From sequence record NC_022046.1: a stretch of 55,804 bases of DNA; one strand, given 5' to 3'. The stretch's first letter is position 1; each line of letters begins with the position of its first letter. The DNA comes from a plasmid. The notes below the pieces were generated by a model. The model was not told where the DNA came from, searched no databases, and was given only the letters and a program-made list of their open reading frames with translations. Below are positions 9,160 to 17,945 of this stretch, in pieces. Both the position numbers and the translations under genes were made by a program.

Positions 9160-10596
9160 ATGAGTAATAAAAAAATTTTAGCTAATTACTCAGAGGAGCA
9201 GAGATTAAAAGCATTAAAAAAATTTCGGGTACTTCAGCCATACTTAAAAAAAGAAATTCCACTTTCCAAAGTAAGTGAAGAAAATGATATTTCAACACGT
9301 ACACTTAGAAAGTGGATTTCGAATTATAAAAAATCGGGATTGGTGGGATTAATTACAAAAGAAAGGTCGGATAAAAATTCAATGAAAATTTCTGAAGACC
9401 TTTGTAAAATCATTAAACACATTTACTTAGAAAATAAAAATGTTTCTATAACTTCCATTTATAGGAGAACTGTGTCTTGGTGTAAAGAAAATAATATTCA
9501 GGAGCCTTCTTACTATCAGGTAAGGAAAATTATTCAATTAGTTCCCGATAAATTGAAAGTACTAGCGCATCAGGGATCTAAAATATATATGAATCATTAC
9601 GAATTAGTTCATATTAGGGAAACTACAGCTCCCAATATCATATGGCAAGCTGATCATACATTATTAGACATTGAGGTATTGAATGCGAAAGGTTATCCTG
9701 AAAGGCCTTGGCTAACAATAATAATGGATGACTACAGTCGAGCAATTACTGGGTACTTTATTGCGTTTGAATCACCAAACTCACTACGAACAGCTCTAAC
9801 TCTAAGACAAGCAATATGGAGAAAAGATCAGGCTGACTGGCCTATTTGTGGTATCCCTAGAATTTTTTATACAGATCACGGTAGCGATTTTACTTCTCAA
9901 CATCTTGAACAGGTCTCTGCTGATTTGAAAATAGAATTAAAGTTTTCTAAGGTTGGGGTGCCTAGAGGTAGAGGGAAAATCGAACGGTTTTTTCATACTG
10001 TAAATTCTATGTTACTACAAGATCTTCCAGGTTATATTAAGAATCGGAAAGCAAAGTCAATGCTAACATTGGAGGAGTTTTCCGATATTTTCAGAAATTG
10101 GTTGTTAAGAATATACCATCAAAAACAGCATAGTACAACTAAAGAAAAACCTATAGCTATGTGGAATAACTATGATTTTCTACCGAATATGCCAAACTCT
10201 TTGGAGGATTTAGATCTTCTTTTAATAAAAGTTAAGAAAGAACGGGTGGTACACTCTGACGGTATTCACTTATTTGGGATGAAGTATGTCCACCCAACTC
10301 TTTCAGCTTTTGTTAGTGAACCTGTGGTGATTAGATATGATCCTAGAGATATTAGTGATGTTAGAGTCTTTTATAAAAATGTATTCCTTTGTACCGCAGT
10401 GTCTACATCTTTTGAACAATACGCTATCGGAATTAGAGAAATAGAAAAAGAAAGGAGCAAACTGAAAAGAGAGTTAAAAAGGGAACTAATCGTCTCCACT
10501 AATAAAGTGATAGAAAAATTGGTTGGGAGACAAAAAGAGAATAGTAGTACTGTTAAAAATAATGTATCAAGTTTGAGGAGGTATGAAAATGAATGA
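9160..10596 (+). CDS. Mu/Tn552-type DDE transposase (TnsB/TniA/p480-like).
   Basis: ~478 aa from an ATG with RBS AGGAGGTGAGGAA. N-terminal HTH, integrase-core motifs (IWQADHTLLDIEV ... DHGSDFTS), size and organisation like Tn552 p480. Confidence 0.8.
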   Translation: MSNKKILANYSEEQRLKALKKFRVLQPYLKKEIPLSKVSEENDISTRTLRKWISNYKKSGLVGLITKERSDKNSMKISEDLCKIIKHIYLENKNVSITSIYRRTVSWCKENNIQEPSYYQVRKIIQLVPDKLKVLAHQGSKIYMNHYELVHIRETTAPNIIWQADHTLLDIEVLNAKGYPERPWLTIIMDDYSRAITGYFIAFESPNSLRTALTLRQAIWRKDQADWPICGIPRIFYTDHGSDFTSQHLEQVSADLKIELKFSKVGVPRGRGKIERFFHTVNSMLLQDLPGYIKNRKAKSMLTLEEFSDIFRNWLLRIYHQKQHSTTKEKPIAMWNNYDFLPNMPNSLEDLDLLLIKVKKERVVHSDGIHLFGMKYVHPTLSAFVSEPVVIRYDPRDISDVRVFYKNVFLCTAVSTSFEQYAIGIREIEKERSKLKRELKRELIVSTNKVIEKLVGRQKENSSTVKNNVSSLRRYENE

Positions 10597-10969
10597 ACTC
10601 AACTTTATTGAAACTAAAGAATACAAGAAATTTGCCGAATTTTGTAGAGCATGCATGAAATATAAATATATTGGCATATGTTATGGCAATCCAGGTGTCG
10701 GGAAGACCATTTCAGCAAAGCATTATGCAAACTGGCATAGATTAGAAACTATTTTAACTAGAAAAGGTAATAGACTCAATCCGGAATTAGTCATAGATAA
10801 GTTAAAAGGGATAAAAACCAATACTCTATTTGTGACAGCACCTGCCACTAAACCCAGTTCATTGAGTTCTCAATTAAGCAGTCTTGGATCAGAGTCAATA
10901 GTTGAAACAGTTTTTACGAGAGACTGTTTGAGCATAAAAGAAAAAGTCTTCTTGGTAGATATTGATTAG
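10583..10969 (+). pseudogene. TniB/TnsC/p271-like AAA+ transposition ATPase, 5' fragment truncated at ~10928.
   Basis: Walker A YGNPGVGKT, translationally coupled to the transposase. Only ~115 native codons remain before the 44-bp junction repeat; the remainder of the ORF is junction-derived. Confidence 0.6.
10885..10928. repeat. 44-bp direct repeat, copy 1 (18 bp of TnsC-like gene + 26 bp of IS3 left terminal repeat).
   Basis: TGGATCAGAGTCAATAGTTGAAACAGTTTTTACGAGAGACTGTT is identical to 14929..14972; sequences diverge on both outer sides. Confidence 0.8.
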
Positions 10970-11947
10970 AGAAATTGGTAAAACCATATAACTAATACGC
11001 AGAGAAGGTAATAGTAATTTGGAGAAAGTACCCATATAAATTACATTTTCTCCGGTATCTAACCCTTGAAGCGCAGGTACTGGTTTACCACTATATCGAA
11101 ATTCACTATCATAATCATCTTCAATAATATAACGGTCTTTTTCTTCTTTTGCCCATTTCAATATTTGTAAGCGTTTTGAAACCGGCATAATCATACCACT
11201 AGGAAACTGATGGGACGGCGTCACAATCGCTACATTTGCATCAGATTTAATTAAATGAGAAACAAGCATACCTTCTGAATCGATTGGAATGAATTCTACT
11301 TGATTTGCTTCTTTTTCAAATAACATCATTTTCCTATGATATCCAGGGTCTTCAACAGCAAATTTGCTCTTTGGTAATAATAGAAAAAGTATCTTCATTA
11401 AAGTTTGTGTGCCAGATCCGATAACAATTTGACTTGGATAACATTTTACTCCTCTTGCTTCGTAAATATAATCCGCAATAGCTCTTCGTAAATATAGCTC
11501 TCCTTGAGGATGGCCTAACTGTAATATTTGTTTGTTATCACTTTGAAATATTTCATTTACCAACTTTCTATAAAGGTTAAAAGGAAAAGATTCTGGATCA
11601 ACACCAGTGTATGCAAAATCATAGGTATAACCATCGTTGTTATTTAATTTTTCCTCCACATACTGGGGATTTTGATAATTTATATTAAAATCCTCTTCTT
11701 CAATATCGCAAACATAATATCCTTTTCTAGGAAGTGCTTTTAAGTAGCCTTCAGCAACTAATTGCCCATAGGCAGATTCAACAGTATTTTGACTAACACA
11801 AAGATGCTGAGAAAGTTTTCGTTTTGAAGGCAACTTCATTTCAGGTAATAACCTTTTTTTCTTTATCTCTTGTTTAATATACGAATATAACTGGATATAA
11901 ATCGGATCTTTGCTTTGAATATCAAAATTCGGTGTTAACTGTAACAT
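10895..11947 (-). CDS. MocR/GntR-family regulator (HTH + PLP-dependent aminotransferase-like domain), C-terminally truncated at the 10928/10929 junction.
   Basis: N-terminal GntR HTH (LPSKRKLSQHLCVSQNTVESAYGQLVAEGYL) followed by an aminotransferase fold. 350 aa versus ~470 expected, and the last codons derive from the 44-bp repeat. Confidence 0.65.
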   Translation of the reverse strand: MLQLTPNFDIQSKDPIYIQLYSYIKQEIKKKRLLPEMKLPSKRKLSQHLCVSQNTVESAYGQLVAEGYLKALPRKGYYVCDIEEEDFNINYQNPQYVEEKLNNNDGYTYDFAYTGVDPESFPFNLYRKLVNEIFQSDNKQILQLGHPQGELYLRRAIADYIYEARGVKCYPSQIVIGSGTQTLMKILFLLLPKSKFAVEDPGYHRKMMLFEKEANQVEFIPIDSEGMLVSHLIKSDANVAIVTPSHQFPSGMIMPVSKRLQILKWAKEEKDRYIIEDDYDSEFRYSGKPVPALQGLDTGENVIYMGTFSKLLLPSLRISYMVLPISLINIYQEDFFFYAQTVSRKNCFNY

Positions 11948-12072
11948 TAACTCTGGCCCCCTCTACTAATAAAATACTGGCACTTATAAAAGAGTCAGAT
12001 ATTCACTATAATACCGTAAGAGTACAATTTTTACATCATAGCAATAAAAAATACTAACAATGGAGGGTTAAA

Positions 12073-12996
12073 ATGAATCAGCAAAATCAACATATAGGAT
12101 ATATTATGATTATTAGCGGAGCAACTCTTTGGGGCCTATCGGGTCCGATGATACAGTGGCTTTTCCAACATTCCAGCATTTCATCCATAGATTTTCTTGT
12201 TTTTCGCTTACTATTAGCTGGAATTTTTCTTCTCTTGTATCTTTCTTTTTCAAAAAAACAAATCTTTGAAATTTGGAAGTACCCAAGTCACAGATTTCAA
12301 CTCATATTATTTGGCGCTATTGGTATGCTCGGTGCTCAATACTTTTTTATCGAGACAATCAATGTAAGCAATGCTGTCACGGCTATGTTGTTTCAGTTTT
12401 TTGCTCCAATCCTTATTACAATTTATGTATCCATACAAATAAAGCAGCTACCAACTGTCAGACAATTTATTTCTATAGTTATAGCTTTAATTGGTCTCTA
12501 TTTTTTAATCACAAATGGTTCGTATCAAAACATTCTTCTAACCAAACAGGGTATTATTTTTGGAATTCTTACAATGCTAGGTTTTACATTTTATACTATA
12601 CAACCGGTTTCTTTAATCAAAAAATGGGACGTCGTTCTTATAGTTGGGTGGGGGATGTTAATCGCAGGTGTATTTTCCTTTTTATTAAATTTAAATTTAA
12701 GTATTCAAAGTTTTATTGAAGACTTAACAATCAAAACAACTGTTATGTTATTAGGTGTAATTATAAGTGGAACTCTTTCATTTCTTCTTTATATCGGAAG
12801 TTTAAAGTATTTATCCCCATCTGAAACAAGCATTTTATCCAGTATAGAACCTCTTGTTGCCATCATCATTTCAATTACTTGGTTAAATGAATCCTTTGGA
12901 TACTATCAACTAGTAGGCGGACTATTTATTGTTATAGCTGTCGTAGCTTTAACTACACCGAAAAAAAGTAAGTATGAAAAAGATACTTATTTATAA
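12073..12996 (+). CDS. EamA/DMT-superfamily transporter.
   Basis: 307 aa, 10 TM helices in two EamA-like halves, RBS GGAGGG. Confidence 0.75.
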   Translation: MNQQNQHIGYIMIISGATLWGLSGPMIQWLFQHSSISSIDFLVFRLLLAGIFLLLYLSFSKKQIFEIWKYPSHRFQLILFGAIGMLGAQYFFIETINVSNAVTAMLFQFFAPILITIYVSIQIKQLPTVRQFISIVIALIGLYFLITNGSYQNILLTKQGIIFGILTMLGFTFYTIQPVSLIKKWDVVLIVGWGMLIAGVFSFLLNLNLSIQSFIEDLTIKTTVMLLGVIISGTLSFLLYIGSLKYLSPSETSILSSIEPLVAIIISITWLNESFGYYQLVGGLFIVIAVVALTTPKKSKYEKDTYL

Positions 12997-13515
12997 AGAG
13001 TGTCTTAATCATTTCAAAACATGCTCGTTAACGAATATATCTTGATCTATACATTTTTTATCTCTCTTTTCTTATGAGGTACTTTATATTTTCGAGAATC
13101 TTGCCATAGTTTGTAAATAACTTAATTTCCCAAAAAGTAGCAATAACATAATGTTCATTTAAATTATCAGCTTTTAAAAGCAATAAACATCAAAATCTTT
13201 CGCTTTTTAGATTTTTATTTCGGTTTAAGAAAACACACAAATTCTTCTTTAAAATCAGCAATTACTTATAAATGGGTCAAAACTGTATAGTTACTTTTAG
13301 ATAAATCTTTAATTTTATTCTAGTATAGTATATTGCTTACGTGTATTAAACTTATCTATAATTACTTTTTAATTAATTTTGGCTAAATAAATACGATGTT
13401 TGGCATTTTGCTACATATGAACTAACAATTTTCTAAAAAGAGTAGGAAATCAATTTGTTCCTCTGAGTTTACATTATAATATCCAGGGTAAAATCTTTAG
13501 AGGAGCGTGGTAAAA

Positions 13516-14664
13516 ATGAAAGCAGTTACTTATCAAGGTCATAAAAATATGGAAGTGCGTGAAGTACATGATCCAATAATAGAAGAATCAACGGATGCAA
13601 TTATAAAAATAACAGCTTCAGGTATATGTGGTTCTGATTTACATCTTTACCATCAAGGTGATTTATTTATGGATCCTGATTTTGTTATTGGACATGAGCC
13701 AATGGGAATTGTAGAAGAAGTAGGAAAAGAGGTTAAAACCTTAAAAAAGGGAGATAGAGTAGTTATACCTTTTAACATAGGTTGTGGCGATTGTTTCTAT
13801 TGTAATAATGAAATGGAGTCTCAGTGTGATAATTCTAATCCATCACCGGCAAATTGGAAAATGAATAATGGTGGACTCTTCGGTTTTGGTGGCATGCACG
13901 GAAACCACTGGGGAGGTCAAGCAGAGTATTTGAGAGTCCCATTTGCCGATTTCTCCTCTTTCAAAGTTCCAGATAGTGATTTGAAAGACGAACAAGTATT
14001 ATTTTTATCTGATGTGGTCCCAACAGCTTATTGGAGTGTTGAACATGCAGGCGTAAAATCTGGAGATACCGTTATTGTTCTCGGTTGTGGCCCAATCGGT
14101 TTAATGGCACAAAAATTTGCTAAATTAAAAGGTGCTGAACGTGTTATTGCCATTGACAATGTAGAACATAGATTAAACCATGCCAAAAAATCCAATGGCG
14201 CTGAAGTATATAATTTTTCTAAAGAAGATAATATAGGAAAATTACTTCATGAAAGCACACGCGGTGGTGCAGATGTCGTTATAGATTGTGTTGGAATGGA
14301 TGGCCAAGTTGTTCAAGATGATTTAGAGATAAGTTCAAATTCAGCGCAACGAGGTAATATTAGTCCCATTATTACAGCAGCTGAATCAGTAAGAAAATTT
14401 GGAACGATTCAATTAACTGGTATTTACGGTACACCTGCAGACAATTTCCCAATAGATTTAATTTTCAATAGAGATGTCCAAGTAAAAAGTGGACAAGCGC
14501 CAGTTATTCATCTAATGCCAAAATTATATGAAATGATTAAAAATGAGGTTTTTGATCCAACAGAAATTATAACTCATACAATGCCTTTAGAAGATGCAAA
14601 ACAAGCGTATGATATTTTCGATCAGAAAAAAGATAATAATATTAAAGTAGTTCTAAAACCATAA
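13516..14664 (+). CDS. Zinc-dependent alcohol dehydrogenase (MDR superfamily; glutathione-independent formaldehyde dehydrogenase-like).
   Basis: GHEPMGIVEEVG zinc-ligand motif, Cys-rich structural-zinc loop (CGDCFYCNNEMESQC), GCGPIGL NAD-binding motif. ATG at 13516 has RBS AGAGGAG; the track ORF starts at 13507 (GTG). Confidence 0.85.
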   Translation: MKAVTYQGHKNMEVREVHDPIIEESTDAIIKITASGICGSDLHLYHQGDLFMDPDFVIGHEPMGIVEEVGKEVKTLKKGDRVVIPFNIGCGDCFYCNNEMESQCDNSNPSPANWKMNNGGLFGFGGMHGNHWGGQAEYLRVPFADFSSFKVPDSDLKDEQVLFLSDVVPTAYWSVEHAGVKSGDTVIVLGCGPIGLMAQKFAKLKGAERVIAIDNVEHRLNHAKKSNGAEVYNFSKEDNIGKLLHESTRGGADVVIDCVGMDGQVVQDDLEISSNSAQRGNISPIITAAESVRKFGTIQLTGIYGTPADNFPIDLIFNRDVQVKSGQAPVIHLMPKLYEMIKNEVFDPTEIITHTMPLEDAKQAYDIFDQKKDNNIKVVLKP

Positions 14665-14676
14665 TAATAAATATAT

Positions 14677-14720
14677 AAAGAAGTCTATATACAGATTATA
14701 ACCAGTATATAGACTTCTTT
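14677..14720 (+). terminator. Intrinsic terminator after the dehydrogenase gene.
   Basis: Perfect 16-bp stem AAAGAAGTCTATATAC / GTATATAGACTTCTTT with a 12-nt loop, followed by a T-rich tract. Confidence 0.55.
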
Positions 14721-14928
14721 ATTAATTGCATGTGATAATTTTCAGAATCGCTAAGTTTCAAAATTTCTAAATCTAACTAATGCTCTATGAAAATATGAAA
14801 CAATTTTAATCATTTGCTATATAAAGTTTCAAATGCTTAGATGTTAATGTTTTATTCTCTTTAACAAAGTTTATAGGATAGCCACTAAATTGTACTTTAC
14901 CTCCATCTAGACCAGGACCTGGTCCTAC

Positions 14929-14972
14929 TGGATCAGAGTCAATAGTTGAAACAGTTTTTACGAGAGACTGTT
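14929..14972. repeat. 44-bp direct repeat, copy 2 (flank plus IS3 left terminal repeat).
   Basis: Identical to 10885..10928. Confidence 0.8.
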
Positions 14973-14976
14973 AAGA

Positions 14977-15846
14977 TTAAGCAACTGAAATTTTCTGTTC
15001 AAACTTGTTTGGAGATAAGTAAGCTAATGCGCTATGAATTCGGTGATTATTATAGAAACCTTGCACATAGCTGAAAACATGAAGCTTGGCTTCTTCGAAG
15101 GTGGAATAAGCCGGTCGCTGGTAAACATGCTCCTTCTTTAAAAGCGCATGGAAAGCTTCGATTCCAGCGTTGTCATACGGATAGCCTTTTCGGCTGTATG
15201 AATGGCAGATATTCATTGCTTTTAACTTTGTTTCATAGTCGATACTTGTATATTGTGAACCTAGATCGGTATGAAGGATCAGTCCATTTTCTATCTTCCG
15301 TTTAGAAAAGGCATCATCTAGGGCTTTAAGAACGATAGAGGTCTGCATCGTTTGATCAAAGTGATACCCAATAATTTTTCGGGAATGCAAATCCATGATA
15401 GTGGATAAATAGCACCAGCCATCTGCGATGGTATAGATATAAGTAATATCAGCTACCCATTTTTGATTGAGTCCAGTCGTTGAAAAATCTTGATTCAATA
15501 GATTTTTATACGTTTTCAAGATTCTTTTCGTTGATCTTTCTGCTTTAAATTTCTTTACCGTGATAGACCGCAGGTTTTGCCTTTTCATCGATTTTTGGAC
15601 ACGTTTGATACTGATGTCTGGATATTCTAAGTACGAACTTGCTAGCAAATAACGAAGTTTCCCAGCTCCATAGATTCCTTGATTTTCTTGATACAATCGT
15701 AAAACACGTTGATCCAACAACTGATCGGCTCGCTTTCTTTTGGAAACAATCGGATTTAAATGCCTGTAGTAGGAACTTCTGGAAACACCAAGACTCGTAC
15801 ACATTTTTAAAATGCTATGGCGGCCTGCTTCTTGTTCTTGGTTCAT
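14977..15846 (-). CDS. IS3 family transposase OrfB (DDE integrase core); expressed as an OrfAB fusion by a -1 frameshift.
   Basis: 289 aa with an rve-type DDE region. The frame is open upstream into the orfA 3' end, with slippery TTAAAAAAAG at ~15885-15894. Confidence 0.85.
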   Translation of the reverse strand: MNQEQEAGRHSILKMCTSLGVSRSSYYRHLNPIVSKRKRADQLLDQRVLRLYQENQGIYGAGKLRYLLASSYLEYPDISIKRVQKSMKRQNLRSITVKKFKAERSTKRILKTYKNLLNQDFSTTGLNQKWVADITYIYTIADGWCYLSTIMDLHSRKIIGYHFDQTMQTSIVLKALDDAFSKRKIENGLILHTDLGSQYTSIDYETKLKAMNICHSYSRKGYPYDNAGIEAFHALLKKEHVYQRPAYSTFEEAKLHVFSYVQGFYNNHRIHSALAYLSPNKFEQKISVA

Positions 15847-15860
15847 CCATTCTAGGATGG

Positions 15861-16124
15861 CTATTTCTTTGCGAGCAGACCGAGTGCTTTTTTTAAGATG
15901 AGGAGTTCTTCATCCTTTTCTTTCAATTGTTTTTTTAATTGTTTGACTTCATCAGAAGTAGGTCCTCCGGGACTGATAGGTGTATTCCCTTGAATCCACT
16001 TCAAAATGGTGGAGTAACCAACTTCGTAATCAGTAGCCAATTGCCGGGGTGTTTGTCCTTGTTCATGAAGGTCAAGTATTGTTTGTTTAAAGTCTGCTGC
16101 GTAGCGTTTGGGCATGTAAGACAC
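15861..16124 (-). CDS. IS3 family transposase OrfA (HTH).
   Basis: 87 aa, HTH and leucine-zipper-like C-terminus ([21 protein letters not shown]), ending in the frameshift window. Confidence 0.8.
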   Translation of the reverse strand: MSYMPKRYAADFKQTILDLHEQGQTPRQLATDYEVGYSTILKWIQGNTPISPGGPTSDEVKQLKKQLKEKDEELLILKKALGLLAKK

Positions 16125-16166
16125 CTTCCTTTGAGATTAATTTTACACTCTCTTAAAAGTTGTCTC

Positions 16167-16307
16167 AACTTCTATCCTACATCCACAAGACAGACGATAC
16201 ATGCCATTGAAAAGGGAAAATATAATCCCAGTTTAGAACTTAGTTTATGTATAGCTAAGTATTTTGAGACAAGTATAGAAAATATTTTTTACTTGGAGGA
16301 GAGATGA
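16167..16307 (+). pseudogene. XRE-family small HTH regulator, 3' fragment only, disrupted by the IS3 insertion.
   Basis: Frame reads ...[36 protein letters not shown], the conserved second half of ~65-aa XRE repressors. The 5' half is absent on the other side of the IS. Confidence 0.5.
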
Positions 16308-16308
16308 A

Positions 16309-16722
16309 ATGAAAAAATATATAATACAAAAATTTTTAATTGTACTAATTACACTAATCTATACAACTTTATTATTTATGATTATTAGTGGAAGGCAGCC
16401 ATATGAAAACAGTAATCTTTCTATAATAGGTGGTCTAGTGGTATTTATCACTGCATATGTTATTTCAGCGTTGATGACACCTAAAAGCAAGATTTCTAAG
16501 CAAGCACAAGAGGAAAATAGAGCTAATGATGAAAGAAATAGGCATCAAAAGAAAAATGTTGCGTATATTTTTCTTTTGATACTCACATTGATAATACCAA
16601 TTTTATTATTTTTACTGGATAATATGGAGGTTAATGCTGTTTCTATCAAATCTATAGCTTCTATTTTTATCGGGTTAGTCATTTTATATAATGCTATACT
16701 TTATATTGTGAATAAATTTTAA
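16309..16722 (+). CDS. Hypothetical membrane protein (4 TM), formerly co-transcribed with the XRE regulator.
   Basis: Start overlaps the XRE stop (GAGATGAAATG); hydrophobic with a charged central loop. Confidence 0.4.
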   Translation: MKKYIIQKFLIVLITLIYTTLLFMIISGRQPYENSNLSIIGGLVVFITAYVISALMTPKSKISKQAQEENRANDERNRHQKKNVAYIFLLILTLIIPILLFLLDNMEVNAVSIKSIASIFIGLVILYNAILYIVNKF

Positions 16723-16772
16723 AAAGACACCTTCAAAATCCAATTGATTTTGAAGGTGTCTTTTTTTATTTT
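16723..16772. terminator. Bidirectional intrinsic terminator between convergent genes.
   Basis: 18-bp stem AAAGACACCTTCAAAATC / GATTTTGAAGGTGTCTTT, T-run on plus and A-run on minus. Confidence 0.55.
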
Positions 16773-17332
16773 TTAACAGTGCTCTCAGTAGTTCTTACAT
16801 AGCCAACTTTTCCATTCTTTTTGTACATGAATTCATCAATTACCTTATACTTATCTTGTTTTTTTGTAGACCATTTATATATTGATTGACGCATATAGTT
16901 ATATTTTTTGAATAAGGATCCTCCACCTCCTATAACAGTACCTACTACAGAAGCAATCGTTGTTTGGGCAATTTTACTTACAACCCCTCCGGCTGCTAAA
17001 AATGCCAAGTCATAAATAGTGTTCGCAGCAGATAATTTTACAGTTTTTTTACCAACAAATTTGTATTTTGAACCACCACCATCAACAGGTGCGTTTGAAA
17101 AAACTTGGATTGGAGGAAGAGCAGACCCTTGATCTAGTAATGTGGTATCTAAAGCAGGTGTTTCATCATCAGAAGTTAAATTTTCTCCTGAAGGAAGAGC
17201 GCTATCATCAGTAACAGTCTGTTCATTTTCTTCTGCAAATACTGAAATGGTAGCAGACAAAGGGGTAAAGAATACAGCAATTGCTACAGTAAAGATTAAA
17301 AATTTGAATACGTTTTCTTTTTTAAAGTGCAT
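16766..17332 (-). CDS. Secreted hypothetical protein with Sec signal peptide and Gly-rich C-terminal region.
   Basis: N-terminal MHFKKENVFKFLIFTVAIAVFFTPLSATISVFA signal peptide; C-terminal GTVIGGGGSLFKKY; no recognisable family. Confidence 0.4.
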   Translation of the reverse strand: MHFKKENVFKFLIFTVAIAVFFTPLSATISVFAEENEQTVTDDSALPSGENLTSDDETPALDTTLLDQGSALPPIQVFSNAPVDGGGSKYKFVGKKTVKLSAANTIYDLAFLAAGGVVSKIAQTTIASVVGTVIGGGGSLFKKYNYMRQSIYKWSTKKQDKYKVIDEFMYKKNGKVGYVRTTESTVKK

Positions 17333-17600
17333 AATTTCATCTTTTTAGTTAGTATGCTCTAATTTTAATCAATCCAAATGGGCAAGTCAATTGTTTTTTT
17401 TTCAGAATAATTACAAATGTTACAAAAAATTACCTTCATAGGAAAAAAGTGGAAGAAATATACCTTGAACGAACTATAAGTTGAGTATATTGCAGTAAAA
17501 TTCTCTCTTTTTTACATAATTAACTTGCTAAATAGAACATTTGTTTGTATAATTTAATACATAAATAGAACGTTTGTTCTTGTTGGAGGAGGTCATTTCA

Positions 17601-17945
17601 ATGACTTATCGAGATCGAGGCATGCAAAAATGGCAAGGCATGATTCTATCTGAACATACAGAACAACTAGAACAAGCAAAAAGAAAGTTATCCTGGCTAC
17701 CGCGGCAAAGTGAAGAATGCCTGGTAGAAATTTTAAGCTACGCTGTTACAAAGCAGCATGCTATAACGATACAACGACTTACAGAAGATGAAAATGGTTA
17801 TCCCCTACCCTTTGTGGTAGGTAGAATCGTTGGCGTGGAAGACGATCGTATTTATCTTAGAGATATGGCTGGAGAGATCACTGTGTTGACATTTGACGAT
17901 CTCAATCATATTTCAGAAGGGACAATCGAAAAATGGTACAGGTAG
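17601..17945 (+). CDS. YolD-like protein (accessory to Y-family polymerases).
   Basis: ATG at 17601 with RBS GGAGGAGG (track ORF starts at 17574). Immediately upstream of and overlapping the Y-family polymerase gene, as in yolD-uvrX / yozL-yqjW pairs. Confidence 0.65.
   Translation: MTYRDRGMQKWQGMILSEHTEQLEQAKRKLSWLPRQSEECLVEILSYAVTKQHAITIQRLTEDENGYPLPFVVGRIVGVEDDRIYLRDMAGEITVLTFDDLNHISEGTIEKWYR

Larger units (their letters stand above)
14947..16166 (-). mobile_element. IS3-family insertion sequence, complete, 1220 bp.
   Basis: Terminal inverted repeats TGAAACAGTTTTTACGAGAG (14947-) and rc TGAGACAACTTTTAAGAGAG (ending 16166), 16/20 matching, with TG...CA termini. orfA/orfB with an A7G slippery site at the overlap. 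Confidence 0.8.

Noticed and set aside
15939-16166. 5' two-thirds of track ORF 15939..16307 (122 aa).
   Set aside because: This portion is antisense to IS3 orfA inside the IS. Only the last 47 codons (16167-16307) are a genuine XRE gene remnant.
16766-17332. Considered calling the secreted Gly-rich protein a lactococcin-972-type bacteriocin.
   Set aside because: No sequence resemblance to that family could be recalled. It is left as a hypothetical secreted protein.
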